From: a virus
Taxonomy: Duplodnaviria > Caudoviricetes
Virus record (IMG/VR): IMGVR_UViG_3300030097_000310
Coordinates: 2,760 to 66,759 of that record
Reading direction: 5' to 3' (one strand)
Length of the DNA stretch: 64,000 nucleotides
How positions within the stretch are numbered: position 1 is the stretch's first letter; every line of letters starts with the position of its first letter. The translations under genes were made by a program, and so were the position numbers. Under the pieces are notes generated by a model. The model saw only the letters and a program-made list of their open reading frames with translations, did no database searches and was not told where the DNA came from. This document shows, piece after piece, positions 18,189 to 27,523 of the stretch.

Positions 18189-19082
18189 ATGGATACGTCC
18201 GAACGCGGGCGCGCGTTTATTCGCGCGCACGAAGGGAATCCGCTTACCGCCTATCTCGACCCGGTCGGCGTGCCTACGATCGGCGTAGGCTTTACCAACG
18301 CCTCCAAGGTGGCAACCGAAATGCTCGGCAAGATTGTTCCTGGCAAGACAAAAATCACCGCGGCGCAGAGCGACCGTATTTTTGCGGCTATGCTCGATCG
18401 CGAGTACGAGCCGAAAATCAACATGCCAGGAGCCAAGCAGCACGAGTTCGACTGCGGCGCGTCCGTCGTCTGGAATCTTGGCGGCGGCGCCATGAATTGG
18501 CAATGGGCCAAGCTTTGGCGCGCAGGCAAGAAGAAAGAGTCCGCAGCGTATCTAGGCAGTCACTACAATACCGCGGCCGGTCGCAAGTTGCCGGGCCTTG
18601 TGCGCAGGCGGAAAGAGGAAGCAAAGCTGCTCGAGCATGGCATTTATGCGGGCATCGCGGAAGGCGTGCCGCGCGAGGCGACGCCTGTAAATGTCGGCGC
18701 GGATCCGGTCGTCAAGGAAGCGCAGGAAATCCTTTCGGCCAAGGGTTTCAATCCTGGCGCGATCGACGGCTGGATGGGTCCGAAGACGCGGGATGCAATC
18801 ATCGCATATCAGAAGGCGCACCCGCACCTTGTAAACGACGGCATTCTTGGGCCGGCGACGCTTTCGCAGCTTCGCCGAGACGCTCAGGCGGTCAAGGACG
18901 CGGTCGGCAAGGGCGGCGGAGCGGTTGTCGGTACAGGCGCGCTTTCGTTCGTCAGCGGCCTTCCTTGGGGATGGATTGCAGCCGGAGTCGCTGTCGCCGC
19001 CGTCGCGTATTTCGCGTGGCGCTACCGTGACGTCATTGCGCGCCGCATCAATACGCTGCGCGGAAAGACGGTGGAGGTTTAG
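18189..19082 (+). CDS. Endolysin: GH24 lysozyme + peptidoglycan-binding domain + C-terminal hydrophobic segment
   Basis: HEGNPLTAYLDPVGVPTIGVG, GLVRRRKEEA, DGWMGPKT...DGILGPAT. Confidence 0.93.
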   Translation: MDTSERGRAFIRAHEGNPLTAYLDPVGVPTIGVGFTNASKVATEMLGKIVPGKTKITAAQSDRIFAAMLDREYEPKINMPGAKQHEFDCGASVVWNLGGGAMNWQWAKLWRAGKKKESAAYLGSHYNTAAGRKLPGLVRRRKEEAKLLEHGIYAGIAEGVPREATPVNVGADPVVKEAQEILSAKGFNPGAIDGWMGPKTRDAIIAYQKAHPHLVNDGILGPATLSQLRRDAQAVKDAVGKGGGAVVGTGALSFVSGLPWGWIAAGVAVAAVAYFAWRYRDVIARRINTLRGKTVEV

Positions 19083-19502
19083 GTGTTGGCACTTGCAAAA
19101 TGGCTCGCCGGATGGGTAACCGGCGACGTCGCTGCTGCGCTTACAAAGGCGTACGAAACGAAGCTGAATGCTAGGACGGAATCCGAGCGCATCGCGGCCG
19201 ATATCGAAATCAAACGCATTGAAGATAAGCGCGATGCGCGCCAGCGCGCCAACGAGGTTAGGCTGGCAACGGCGAACTTCCTCGAGATGCGCGTGATTAC
19301 CGTGCTTATCGCGCTGCCGTTTGTGGCGCATCTGTGGGGCGTTGCTATGGATACGCTGTTCGGCTTCGATTGGAGCGTTGCCGCGTTCCCGTCGCCATTC
19401 AATGAATGGCAGGGCGCCATCCTGCTTTCTTTCTTTGGCCTGTCTGCCGGAATAGGTGCCGTCCGCGCCGTAGCTGGCGCAATCGCGTACCGGAGGCGAT
19501 AA
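19083..19502 (+). CDS. Holin-like membrane protein
   Basis: Follows lysin; hydrophobic segments; WQGAILLSFFG. Confidence 0.6.
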   Translation: MLALAKWLAGWVTGDVAAALTKAYETKLNARTESERIAADIEIKRIEDKRDARQRANEVRLATANFLEMRVITVLIALPFVAHLWGVAMDTLFGFDWSVAAFPSPFNEWQGAILLSFFGLSAGIGAVRAVAGAIAYRRR

Positions 19503-19844
19503 TTGACTTGGGCAGATTTTATTACAGCAATGGGCGGCGTGCTCGGCTTGTTTTTGGCGATATTCGGCGTGTGGAAATACATCGACGCGAAATTAACTCA
19601 GGTGCGCGAGCACAGTTCAGCGCAGAGTGCCGCGGCTATGGCCGTAGCTAGCGCCGCAGAGCGCGATCTGGCGGCGCACCGCACGCACGTTGCCGAGACA
19701 TACGCGACAAAGCAGGGCATGCACGAACAGACCAGTCAAATCATGGCCGCCATTAATGGCATCGGCCTGCGCATCGACGGTCTTTACGATCTGTTCGGCC
19801 ACACGACGCGAAAGAAGACGACCAAAAGCGACGACGATACATAG
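19503..19844 (+). CDS. Lysis-cassette membrane protein
   Basis: N-terminal TM plus coiled coil. Confidence 0.55.
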   Translation: MTWADFITAMGGVLGLFLAIFGVWKYIDAKLTQVREHSSAQSAAAMAVASAAERDLAAHRTHVAETYATKQGMHEQTSQIMAAINGIGLRIDGLYDLFGHTTRKKTTKSDDDT

Positions 19845-19862
19845 GCGCAGGACGCCGCAATC

Positions 19863-19894
19863 ACCGCCTATCCGAGAGGGTAGGCGGTTTTTTT
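19863..19894 (+). terminator. Terminator ending the late operon
   Basis: ACCGCCTA...TAGGCGGT followed by a T run. Confidence 0.9.
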
Positions 19895-19937
19895 GTGTCT
19901 TGATTCCTGTCGGATTAGGCGTCAGCGCATAAATTGC

Positions 19938-19966
19938 TTGACCATATAGGCGAAAACGCATATTGT
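19938..19966 (+). promoter_or_regulatory. sigma70-type promoter with operator 19947-19962
   Basis: TTGACC-N17-TATTGT; TAGGCGAAAACGCATA. Confidence 0.85.
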
Positions 19967-19999
19967 GCGAATCCTTATACACGACGAAAGGGTTTCGCC

Positions 20000-20170
20000 A
20001 TGAAGTGGATTTTTATTTTAGCCATTTACTCCAACCCAACCGGGTTGACGCTCAATCACGTTGAGTTCGACACATTGGAGCAATGCCTCGCGTTTGAGAC
20101 GTTAGCCAAGCACCACAGCGACAGGCTGACGCTCGTCGAGACGACATGCTTGGCCGTTTCCACTGACTAA
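20000..20170 (+). CDS. Hypothetical small protein
   Basis: GAAAGGG RBS; first gene after promoter. Confidence 0.55.
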   Translation: MKWIFILAIYSNPTGLTLNHVEFDTLEQCLAFETLAKHHSDRLTLVETTCLAVSTD

Positions 20171-20205
20171 CCACCACTCCGTCCAACCACCACAAGGACT
20201 CCGCC

Positions 20206-20829
20206 ATGAAAAAGCTAATAGCAACCGCGGCAATAGCCGCGCTGGTTTCAGGGTGCGCGTATTCTCCGACTACGTTTCCTGACCATAAGGTCGGGCCGAA
20301 TATCCGGTTTGAGGCGACGAAGGCCGGCAAGGCAGGGGTCGGGTCTGGAGTTTACATCGGTAACGGCGTCATCATTACGGCGGCGCACGTTCTGGACGGC
20401 GCAGAAAACCTTGTTATCAAGTCGGAAGCCGGAGACGTCCAAGCGGGGCGCATTCTTTGGATGAATACGGATTACGATATCGCGGCTGTTGCGCCCAACA
20501 ATCCGGACCGATTTCGAGTTGCGCACCTTGCCTGCCGCGAGCCGAGCGTCGGCGAAAACATATCCGCTACAGGCAATCCGTTCGGCTTGGATTTCATCAC
20601 CATGCGCGGTTACGTGTCTGGAGAGTCGCGCCGTTTCGATGGAAATTGGGAGCACGCCTTTCCTACCGACTTGACCACGATTGGCGGCATGTCCGGCGGC
20701 GCTACATACGACGAATACGGCGACGTTATCGGCGTCACTGTCGGAACGTTTAGCTTAAATGGACCGGCAGGCGGGCTTGGCGTTATCGTTCCAGGCTCGA
20801 TTGTCTGCAAGCTGTTGGGGCGCGCGTGA
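20206..20829 (+). CDS. Trypsin-like serine protease lipoprotein
   Basis: Lipobox LVSG-C; triad motifs ITAAHV, DYDIA, GGMSGG. Confidence 0.88.
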   Translation: MKKLIATAAIAALVSGCAYSPTTFPDHKVGPNIRFEATKAGKAGVGSGVYIGNGVIITAAHVLDGAENLVIKSEAGDVQAGRILWMNTDYDIAAVAPNNPDRFRVAHLACREPSVGENISATGNPFGLDFITMRGYVSGESRRFDGNWEHAFPTDLTTIGGMSGGATYDEYGDVIGVTVGTFSLNGPAGGLGVIVPGSIVCKLLGRA

Positions 20830-21092
20830 TGCTGAAAATAACCGCAGCCTGCGCCTACATTGTTGCCGCGTCACTGACGTACGGAACAGTATTCAACGAT
20901 ATGCACAACCCGCGGCCTGACTGCGGCGCTAGACCAGATAGCGTGAATCAAGCAAAGCAGTACGAGATTTGGTACGATTGCCAATTCGGTGACCATACGG
21001 ACGCGTTCGAAGCAGGGCTCGCGGCAGCTTACGCCGCTGCTTTCTGGCCGCTCTATTGGGCGGGTCGGATCGGAATTGCGGTGACGAAATGA
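20826..21092 (+). CDS. Hypothetical membrane protein
   Basis: Two hydrophobic ends; coupled overlaps. Confidence 0.6.
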   Translation: MMLKITAACAYIVAASLTYGTVFNDMHNPRPDCGARPDSVNQAKQYEIWYDCQFGDHTDAFEAGLAAAYAAAFWPLYWAGRIGIAVTK

Positions 21093-21583
21093 TGCACAAC
21101 CACCTAATCTACCGGCTTATAATCGTCACAACGGCCGGCGCTGCATTGCTTTACGCGGCGCACAGCCTCGGCTATATCGCGCCGCTATTCAAGTCGGATG
21201 CTTCGTACTTGTCTTATGCGATCGCAGCACTGTTCGCATTCGGCCTTGCGTCGACATTCACGCGAGCCGCGCGCGTCGGTAGGGCGCTAAACCTTCGCTA
21301 CACGGCGCCAATAGACCAACGCAACGTCGCCAAGATGGACGCCAAGAACGCGCACATCGCCGACATATCCGGGTGGCTGCTGCAGTTGGGTTTCCTTGGA
21401 ACGGTTATCGGCTTGTGGATAGCGCTCGCCGGCCTGTCCGCAGACAACACGGACGCGCTTATCATCGGGCTAAAGACGGCGGTCGGCACGACAATCCTTG
21501 GCGGGTTCCTGTCGCTGTGGACGGACATTAACCGGCGCATGCTAGACACGGCGACTGAATGCTTGGTGGAGGATATGAAGTGA
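21089..21583 (+). CDS. MotA/TolQ/ExbB proton-channel family protein
   Basis: LGFLGTVIG and GLKTAVGTTILG match the two channel helices. Confidence 0.8.
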   Translation: MMHNHLIYRLIIVTTAGAALLYAAHSLGYIAPLFKSDASYLSYAIAALFAFGLASTFTRAARVGRALNLRYTAPIDQRNVAKMDAKNAHIADISGWLLQLGFLGTVIGLWIALAGLSADNTDALIIGLKTAVGTTILGGFLSLWTDINRRMLDTATECLVEDMK

Positions 21584-22122
21584 AGCGCCGGCGCGTAAAC
21601 ACGCATGTGATGCTCGGCGATTTCCTGTTCATCCTGCTTATGGTGGTGCTTACGCTTGTAAACCCGCCATCGCAGGACGAGGCTATTGCTGCGCCAGGCA
21701 ATATGATCGTTTCCATAGCGTGGGAGCCTGGACCGGATGACGTCGACCTTTGGGTGCGCGGTCCGGACGGCGTCGCGGTAGGATACAAGCGCAAGAGCTC
21801 TGAGTTGTTCAACCTGCTGCGCGACGACCTTGGCGAAGTCAACGACACCATGCCGTTGAACTACGAAAACGCATACAGCCGCGGACTGCCCGATGGCGAG
21901 TACATCGTAAACCTGCATTGCTATTCATGCTCTGTGTCGCACGAAGTGGCGGTAGAGATACGCATGGGGCGCGACGAAACTAAGCTTGTTTTCAAGGAAA
22001 ACGTAACCCTAGCGCCAAGGCAGGAGCGCACCGTTGTGCGGTTTTACGTCCGCGACGGCAGTACGGTCGCTGGATCCAGAAGCGACATTTTCGAACCTTT
22101 GAGGAGCGGACGCAATGACTGA
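21580..22122 (+). CDS. Single-pass ExbD/MotB-like partner with periplasmic DUF2135/YfaP-like domain
   Basis: TM with Asp (GDFLFILLMVVLTL), DVDLWVRGPDG, GEYIVNLHCY. Confidence 0.55.
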   Translation: MKRRRVNTHVMLGDFLFILLMVVLTLVNPPSQDEAIAAPGNMIVSIAWEPGPDDVDLWVRGPDGVAVGYKRKSSELFNLLRDDLGEVNDTMPLNYENAYSRGLPDGEYIVNLHCYSCSVSHEVAVEIRMGRDETKLVFKENVTLAPRQERTVVRFYVRDGSTVAGSRSDIFEPLRSGRND

Positions 22123-22555
22123 CTACAGCGACATCATCGATCGGCTGGAGAAGGCTGACGGGCCGAGTAGGGAGCTTGACAGCCGTGTTTGGGTAGCGGC
22201 CAATCCTGACGATTTGATTATCGAGAACGATCAACATCACGGGCAGGGGACGGTGCAGTTCTCTGGCGGCGGCTTCGCTCGCGACAGGTTCAAGCTTTGC
22301 GAGATGTACACCGCCTCTCTCGACGCAGCTATTGCCCTCACAGAGAAGCTTTTGCCGGAACATGGCCGGATGCATTCGAAGGGCAGGCTTGCAATCGATG
22401 AGCCTCTTTACGGCGTCAAGCTGTATGAGCATGAGCTTTGTGTCGGCGAAGATCCGCACGAGATAGCGGAAGCAGAGCACGACAGCGAGCCTATAGCCAT
22501 TCTCATAGCCCTTTTCCGCGCCCTTCAAGCGCATGGCAGGACCGACAACCAATGA
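22115..22555 (+). CDS. Hypothetical protein
   Basis: IIDRLEKADGPSRELD...YTASLDAA, a common phage early-protein pattern. Confidence 0.65.
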   Translation: MTDYSDIIDRLEKADGPSRELDSRVWVAANPDDLIIENDQHHGQGTVQFSGGGFARDRFKLCEMYTASLDAAIALTEKLLPEHGRMHSKGRLAIDEPLYGVKLYEHELCVGEDPHEIAEAEHDSEPIAILIALFRALQAHGRTDNQ

Positions 22556-23013
22556 CGCACATCATTACGACATGGCTTGTCATCTTCGCGCTGTTGGCGT
22601 CAGCCGCATGGCTTACCGTCTGGTCGCGGCGCGATACGGTCGGCCGGCTTATCGGGGCGCTGTCGCTACCGCTTGCCGCGGCGATCGCGCTTATGGCGGT
22701 TTACGTGCCGCTAGGCGACCCGCTGCCGCGAATGCCAGCGGACGGAGAGTACAGCGTTATCGGCGCGCGGATTGTGCCAGGCGAGGCGATTTACGTGCTT
22801 ATGTCGGTCGGCGGAGACGAGCCGGTTTACTACCGGATTCCGTATGACGAAAAGACCGCCAAGGAAATGCAGGAAGGTATGTACGACAGGCCGGAAGGCT
22901 CGCCGGAAATGCCGCTAACGATCGAGGGCGGCGAGATAACCATTGGCGGAGAAGGCAACAACGCCGCAGAACTAGAAGCAAAGCGGCCGGAAGCGGTCGT
23001 GATTGGAGGTTGA
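22552..23013 (+). CDS. Membrane protein
   Basis: Two N-terminal TM helices, soluble C-terminal part. Confidence 0.65.
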   Translation: MTHIITTWLVIFALLASAAWLTVWSRRDTVGRLIGALSLPLAAAIALMAVYVPLGDPLPRMPADGEYSVIGARIVPGEAIYVLMSVGGDEPVYYRIPYDEKTAKEMQEGMYDRPEGSPEMPLTIEGGEITIGGEGNNAAELEAKRPEAVVIGG

Positions 23014-23015
23014 AG

Positions 23016-23144
23016 ATGGCGTTTCTTATAGCAGGCATTGGTCTAGCGCTTGCCGCGGGGGCTATTTTTAAAGCAAACCAGATTGCTGCGCTTGGGGTAT
23101 TCATAGCGTCAAACGCCCTTATCATCCACGGTCTTGGAGTTTAA
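23016..23144 (+). CDS. Small two-TM protein
   Basis: GGAGG RBS; MAFLIAGIGLALAAGAIF... 42 aa; below the ORF-track cutoff. Confidence 0.45.
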   Translation: MAFLIAGIGLALAAGAIFKANQIAALGVFIASNALIIHGLGV

Positions 23145-24399
23145 CGATTTGCCCACACCACCAGTCGCAGACGCAACAATCGAGCGCACCGTAGCGGAGC
23201 GCCCAAAACATGATAGCAACGTAGCCGCAGCCGAAGCGCTTGGCATCAGCGAAAAGACCGTCCGGCGCCACCTTGCGCTAGCAGCGGAGCGAGGCATGCT
23301 ATCGCTGGATCCGGTCATGCCAGGCTTCGCGATCAAGAGCGTCGCGAGCAAGACGGCAGGAGGGCATTGGGTAAAGCAAACCAAGGCTGCGGGAGAGGAA
23401 TACGAAACCCCGCCGAACATGGTAATCGGCAAGCGTAGCGTCCTGACCGATTCCGCCGGTCGAGTCATGCTGACGTGGAACAAAGAAGATAAGGCGGCAA
23501 GCAACGCGCTCGACACAATCGAGACTCTAAAGCACGCCTTTGATGATGTCGTTCCGGCTAAACCGAAGCCGTCACCTACAGCAGCAGCAGCCGACTTGCT
23601 TACGCTAGTCCCGTGCAACGATTGGCACTTAAACCTTCTGGCGTGGGAGCGTGAGGTTGGAGAAAATTGGGATCTCCGAATAGCGGAGGAGAAAATTGGC
23701 GGAAGCATAGAGGATGCCATAGATCGGTCTCCTAAGTCTGCTGTTGGTGTAGTGCTTGGCGGCGGAGACCTTGTGCATGCCGACAACAACGAAAACAGAA
23801 CGGCGAAGTCAGGAAACGTACTTGACGCTGATGGGCGGCATCAGAAAGCACTTGAGACCGCGTGCCGCCTTAAGGTTCGGACTATCGACGCAGCACTTAG
23901 GCGAAACGACGACGTTATCGTTCGCATACTGCCAGGCAACCATGATGAGTACACTTCCGTCGCTGTTGCCTACTTCCTTCTTGCCTACTACCGCAATGAG
24001 CCGCGCGTTACGGTGGACGTAGATGCGTCGCTGTTCTGGTGGTACGTCTGGGGTAGGGTTATGCTAGGCGCCACGCACGGACACACAGTAAAGGCTGGCG
24101 ATATGGCGCAGATCATGGCGCACCGCAGGGCAGAGGAATGGGGGTCAACCAAGTTCCGATACGTGCACGTTTTCCACGTCCACCACAAATCTAAGTACGT
24201 AACAGAGGGTGGCGGCGTTATTACCGAGACGCATCAGGCGCCAGTACCGCAGGACTTCTGGCATTACGGCGCTGGATTTCTTTCCGGGCGTTCGGTTCAG
24301 ACCATCAGTTACCATAAGGATTACGGTGAAGTTAGCCGTGCCAGGGTGGCAATTCTAGATGCAGCCAACGACAATGCAATGACGGCGATTGCGGCATGA
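23134..24399 (+). CDS. N-terminal HTH + calcineurin-like metallophosphoesterase
   Basis: AAEALGISEKTVRRHL; NDWH, GGDLVH, PGNHD, ATHGH, HVHH. Confidence 0.8.
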   Translation: MEFNDLPTPPVADATIERTVAERPKHDSNVAAAEALGISEKTVRRHLALAAERGMLSLDPVMPGFAIKSVASKTAGGHWVKQTKAAGEEYETPPNMVIGKRSVLTDSAGRVMLTWNKEDKAASNALDTIETLKHAFDDVVPAKPKPSPTAAAADLLTLVPCNDWHLNLLAWEREVGENWDLRIAEEKIGGSIEDAIDRSPKSAVGVVLGGGDLVHADNNENRTAKSGNVLDADGRHQKALETACRLKVRTIDAALRRNDDVIVRILPGNHDEYTSVAVAYFLLAYYRNEPRVTVDVDASLFWWYVWGRVMLGATHGHTVKAGDMAQIMAHRRAEEWGSTKFRYVHVFHVHHKSKYVTEGGGVITETHQAPVPQDFWHYGAGFLSGRSVQTISYHKDYGEVSRARVAILDAANDNAMTAIAA

Positions 24400-25007
24400 G
24401 TAAAGAATGCGCCGTAGGTGGATGCCTTAAAGAAGCAGTATCTCGTGGTATGTGCAGCGCACACTACCATAGACTCATGCGGTACGGCGACCCGGAATTT
24501 GTTCCGCCAAGAAAGCCACCTTCAATTTGCGCGGTAGATGGATGTACGTCGCAGGTAGGTAGGAGCGGAGGACGCGGTTTCTGCAGGAAGCATTACAAAA
24601 GGCTTTTAGATCATGGTGATCCACTAGGTGGAGGAACTGGAAAAGGCGATGTCATTGCGTTCCTTGATGCGGCTATAAACCGAACTGAGGATGAGTGCCT
24701 TATATTCCCGTTCGCAAGGGATTCTTACGGGTACGCAAGAGTAAATATAGGAGGCAACAACACTCCTGCGCATTCTTATGTGTGCGAAAAGGTAAAAGGT
24801 CAAAAGCCTTCGCCGCTTCATGAGGTTCTGCATTCATGCGGCAACGGGGCCAATGGTTGCGTTAGCGGAAACCACCTTTCGTGGGGAACTAGAAAGGAAA
24901 ACGTGGCTGACGCGATCGAACACGGAACTGCGAAGTTTTGGGGAAGGCCGTGTACCGGCGCAGCTAACGACAACGTACCGGCAAGCGAGAGGAGCGTGGC
25001 GGTATGA
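24396..25007 (+). CDS. HNH endonuclease with two Cys-rich N-terminal repeats
   Basis: CAVGGC..CSAHY and CAVDGC..CRKHY; AHSYV..HSCGN..CV..HLSWGTRKEN. Confidence 0.85.
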   Translation: MSKECAVGGCLKEAVSRGMCSAHYHRLMRYGDPEFVPPRKPPSICAVDGCTSQVGRSGGRGFCRKHYKRLLDHGDPLGGGTGKGDVIAFLDAAINRTEDECLIFPFARDSYGYARVNIGGNNTPAHSYVCEKVKGQKPSPLHEVLHSCGNGANGCVSGNHLSWGTRKENVADAIEHGTAKFWGRPCTGAANDNVPASERSVAV

Positions 25008-25279
25008 TATGGCTGGTCTACGCGCACGCAATTATTGGCCTTGCTGTGACGGTTTCATTTTTCGGCGCAATGGCATCAGAGATGATACGCGCCTGCCGTC
25101 AGGCTTCCAGGGTTTCTGCGGTTGCGGCGCGCTGTAGAAGGTTTCGCGGCAAGTCGACATGGAAGGAATACTGGTTCTCCTTACGGAGGGAGTTTCTATC
25201 CAGTTACTCCGCCCTTCGAATCGGAATCTACGAGATACCGCACAACCCATCAGAGCCCATACGGAGGGTGTATAGATGA
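25004..25279 (+). CDS. Hypothetical membrane protein
   Basis: N-terminal TM; coupled overlap. Confidence 0.55.
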   Translation: MIWLVYAHAIIGLAVTVSFFGAMASEMIRACRQASRVSAVAARCRRFRGKSTWKEYWFSLRREFLSSYSALRIGIYEIPHNPSEPIRRVYR

Positions 25280-25926
25280 CCGCAATCCGCATCATAGGTG
25301 ACGTACACGGTAAGTTTCGCGATTACCGCGACATAATCCGAGACGTGCCGCGCAGTATCCAGGTCGGAGATATGGGCGTTGGCTTTCGGAACCGTTTCGG
25401 CGAGCCGACGGCCAACCCGCCTTACGACTCAATGTCGCGCGGCGATCATAAGTTCATTCGCGGCAACCATGACAATCCGCAAGCGTGCGAGCGGCATCCT
25501 TACTGGATACCGGACGGTAGCTTCGTACCGGCTACCAACGGCGACATGCAGACCGGCATCTATTGCCTAGGCGGCGCGGTGAGCATTGACAAGGCATGGC
25601 GCACGCAAGGTCTTGATTGGTGGCCCGACGAGGAATGCAGTTACGCCGAACTTGAGCGCATGATTGACGATTACGCGGCTATTAAGCCGGATGTGGTCGT
25701 AACGCACGACTGTCCGTCAAGCATCGCCAATGAAATCCTGTCCGCGTTCAATATGAAAAAAATTGAAGACGGATCTCGGACGCGCGTCGCGCTAGAGCGA
25801 ATGCTTGAAAGTCACCAGCCGCGAGAATGGTTTTTCGGTCACTGGCACGTTTCGCTGTCCTTTGTCCGCGGACAAACGCGGTTTACGTGCCTTAACGAAT
25901 TGGAGCATGTTGATGTCGATATATGA
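25276..25926 (+). CDS. Metallophosphoesterase
   Basis: IGDVHG, VGDMG, RGNHD, VTHDCP, FFGHWH. Confidence 0.9.
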   Translation: MTAIRIIGDVHGKFRDYRDIIRDVPRSIQVGDMGVGFRNRFGEPTANPPYDSMSRGDHKFIRGNHDNPQACERHPYWIPDGSFVPATNGDMQTGIYCLGGAVSIDKAWRTQGLDWWPDEECSYAELERMIDDYAAIKPDVVVTHDCPSSIANEILSAFNMKKIEDGSRTRVALERMLESHQPREWFFGHWHVSLSFVRGQTRFTCLNELEHVDVDI

Positions 25927-26581
25927 TAGGCACGGCGGGTTGCCAGCAGAAACATTCGGACCGCTTGACTGGTACGGCGTACCGGCAGAATGGCAGGATG
26001 CCGACGTGATGGGCATGCCTCGTGGCGCCCACATTGCACCGCCACGCGCCGCCTGGACGCGCGGCGATTACATCAGCACATACACGGGCCGCTTCTGGCC
26101 TATGTCGCCGCGCGCCAGCGAAATCGACATCAAGGACATTGCGCATAGCCTGGCGATGCAATGCCGCTATGCCGGCCACGTCAAGCGGTTCCTGAGCGTC
26201 GCCGAGCATAGCGTGCATATAGCGCGCTGGCTGCTTGAGAACGCACCACACGCCGCGCTGCACGGCCTACTGCATGATGCGCCGGAGGCATTGAGTGGAT
26301 TTGGAGACGTTGCTCGGCCGGTCAAGCCAGCAAGGGTGCGCGAAATCGAGGACCGCGTATGGCAAGCCGTTGCCGCTGCTTTCGGCCTGTCGCCTGTCAT
26401 GCCTGACGAAGTGCACGAGGCGGACAATCGCATCATTGCCGACGAGATGCGGCAGAACATGCACGAATGCGATCCGAAGTACGACGACCCGCTAGGCGTC
26501 GAGCTCGAGTATTGGGATCCGGTACGCGGCGAGCGCGAGTTTTTGGAGCTGTATAGGATGCTGACTGGAGGTAGGAGTTGA
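25907..26581 (+). CDS. HD-domain 5'-deoxynucleotidase-like protein
   Basis: DIAHSLAMQCRYAGH, SVAEHS, LLHDAPEA. Confidence 0.88.
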   Translation: MLMSIYDRHGGLPAETFGPLDWYGVPAEWQDADVMGMPRGAHIAPPRAAWTRGDYISTYTGRFWPMSPRASEIDIKDIAHSLAMQCRYAGHVKRFLSVAEHSVHIARWLLENAPHAALHGLLHDAPEALSGFGDVARPVKPARVREIEDRVWQAVAAAFGLSPVMPDEVHEADNRIIADEMRQNMHECDPKYDDPLGVELEYWDPVRGEREFLELYRMLTGGRS

Positions 26582-26790
26582 TGGCGGACGACAGTGACTT
26601 GCTGCCGTGCCCGCACTGCGGCGCACAGGCCAAAAGCTACCACAGGCCAGACGACTCTGGTTGGCAGAATACAGATTGGATTTGCTGCGACTCTGGAGAC
26701 GACGGGCATTACCCAGAATGCGGCGCGTCGACGTGCCTTTGGGAATCTCGCGATCTTGCCAAGGCTGCGTGGAATAGGAGGACTGCGTAA
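26578..26790 (+). CDS. Lar-like (restriction alleviation) zinc-binding protein
   Basis: LLPCPHCGAQA...CGA...AKAAWNRR. Confidence 0.75.
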   Translation: MMADDSDLLPCPHCGAQAKSYHRPDDSGWQNTDWICCDSGDDGHYPECGASTCLWESRDLAKAAWNRRTA

Positions 26791-26893
26791 TGCCACGCAT
26801 CTCGCCAGAAAAAGCGCGCCGCGACTCGCGCATCATGTACGCGGCCTGCGCTGCAGTGGCAGCATTCATTTTGGTTCTTTATTTGGTGAACTT

Positions 26894-27277
26894 ATGACCG
26901 ACGCACGCCACGACCTGTACGCCGGCTGCGAAGTCGTATGCGTTGACGCAAGCACGCCGCCGCACGTCTCGATTCCGCTTGGGCTTGCCGAAGGCGCTAT
27001 CTACACAATCCGATGGATTGGCGAATACAACAATTATGTCGACGGCCCGTTCCTTGGCGTTCGCCTGGTAGGCATCAACCGCGGCAAAGACCCGACTTAC
27101 GGCTTCGAGGATCCGCCGTTTCATAACCGCCGCTTCAAGCCGCTGATTAAGGACAAGCTTGCGTCGCTGAAGCAAATCGCCGCGGATCCGGACGGATGGA
27201 AGCCGGACGCGAAAGAAGGACCGTTGCACCCGAACGGGCCGCTGCCAGAGCCTGTGCGGGAGAGGGAAACAGTATGA
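26894..27277 (+). CDS. Hypothetical protein
   Basis: Phage-like ORF in operon; ATG 26894. Confidence 0.6.
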   Translation: MTDARHDLYAGCEVVCVDASTPPHVSIPLGLAEGAIYTIRWIGEYNNYVDGPFLGVRLVGINRGKDPTYGFEDPPFHNRRFKPLIKDKLASLKQIAADPDGWKPDAKEGPLHPNGPLPEPVRERETV

Positions 27278-27522
27278 CCATGATTGAGCGAGTGGCGCGG
27301 GCTATACAGGGTGCAGAGGCCACGCACGAGAACGGCACACCTTGGGTTGAACACGTAGCACGCGCCGCAATCGAGGCAATGCGCGAGCCCACGTGGAAAA
27401 TGCTGGAGGATTCTGGCCAAGTTGAAAACTACGGCGACAGCTACAGCGACTTGCACCCTGATCTCGACCATAAGGCTTGGTGGCGCGCCATGATCGACGC
27501 AGCACTTAACGAGGAGCACTAA
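27274..27522 (+). CDS. Hypothetical protein
   Basis: MIERVARAI..ARAAIEAMREPT..WRAMIDAAL, a common phage pattern. Confidence 0.65.
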   Translation: MTMIERVARAIQGAEATHENGTPWVEHVARAAIEAMREPTWKMLEDSGQVENYGDSYSDLHPDLDHKAWWRAMIDAALNEEH

Positions 27523-27523
27523 C

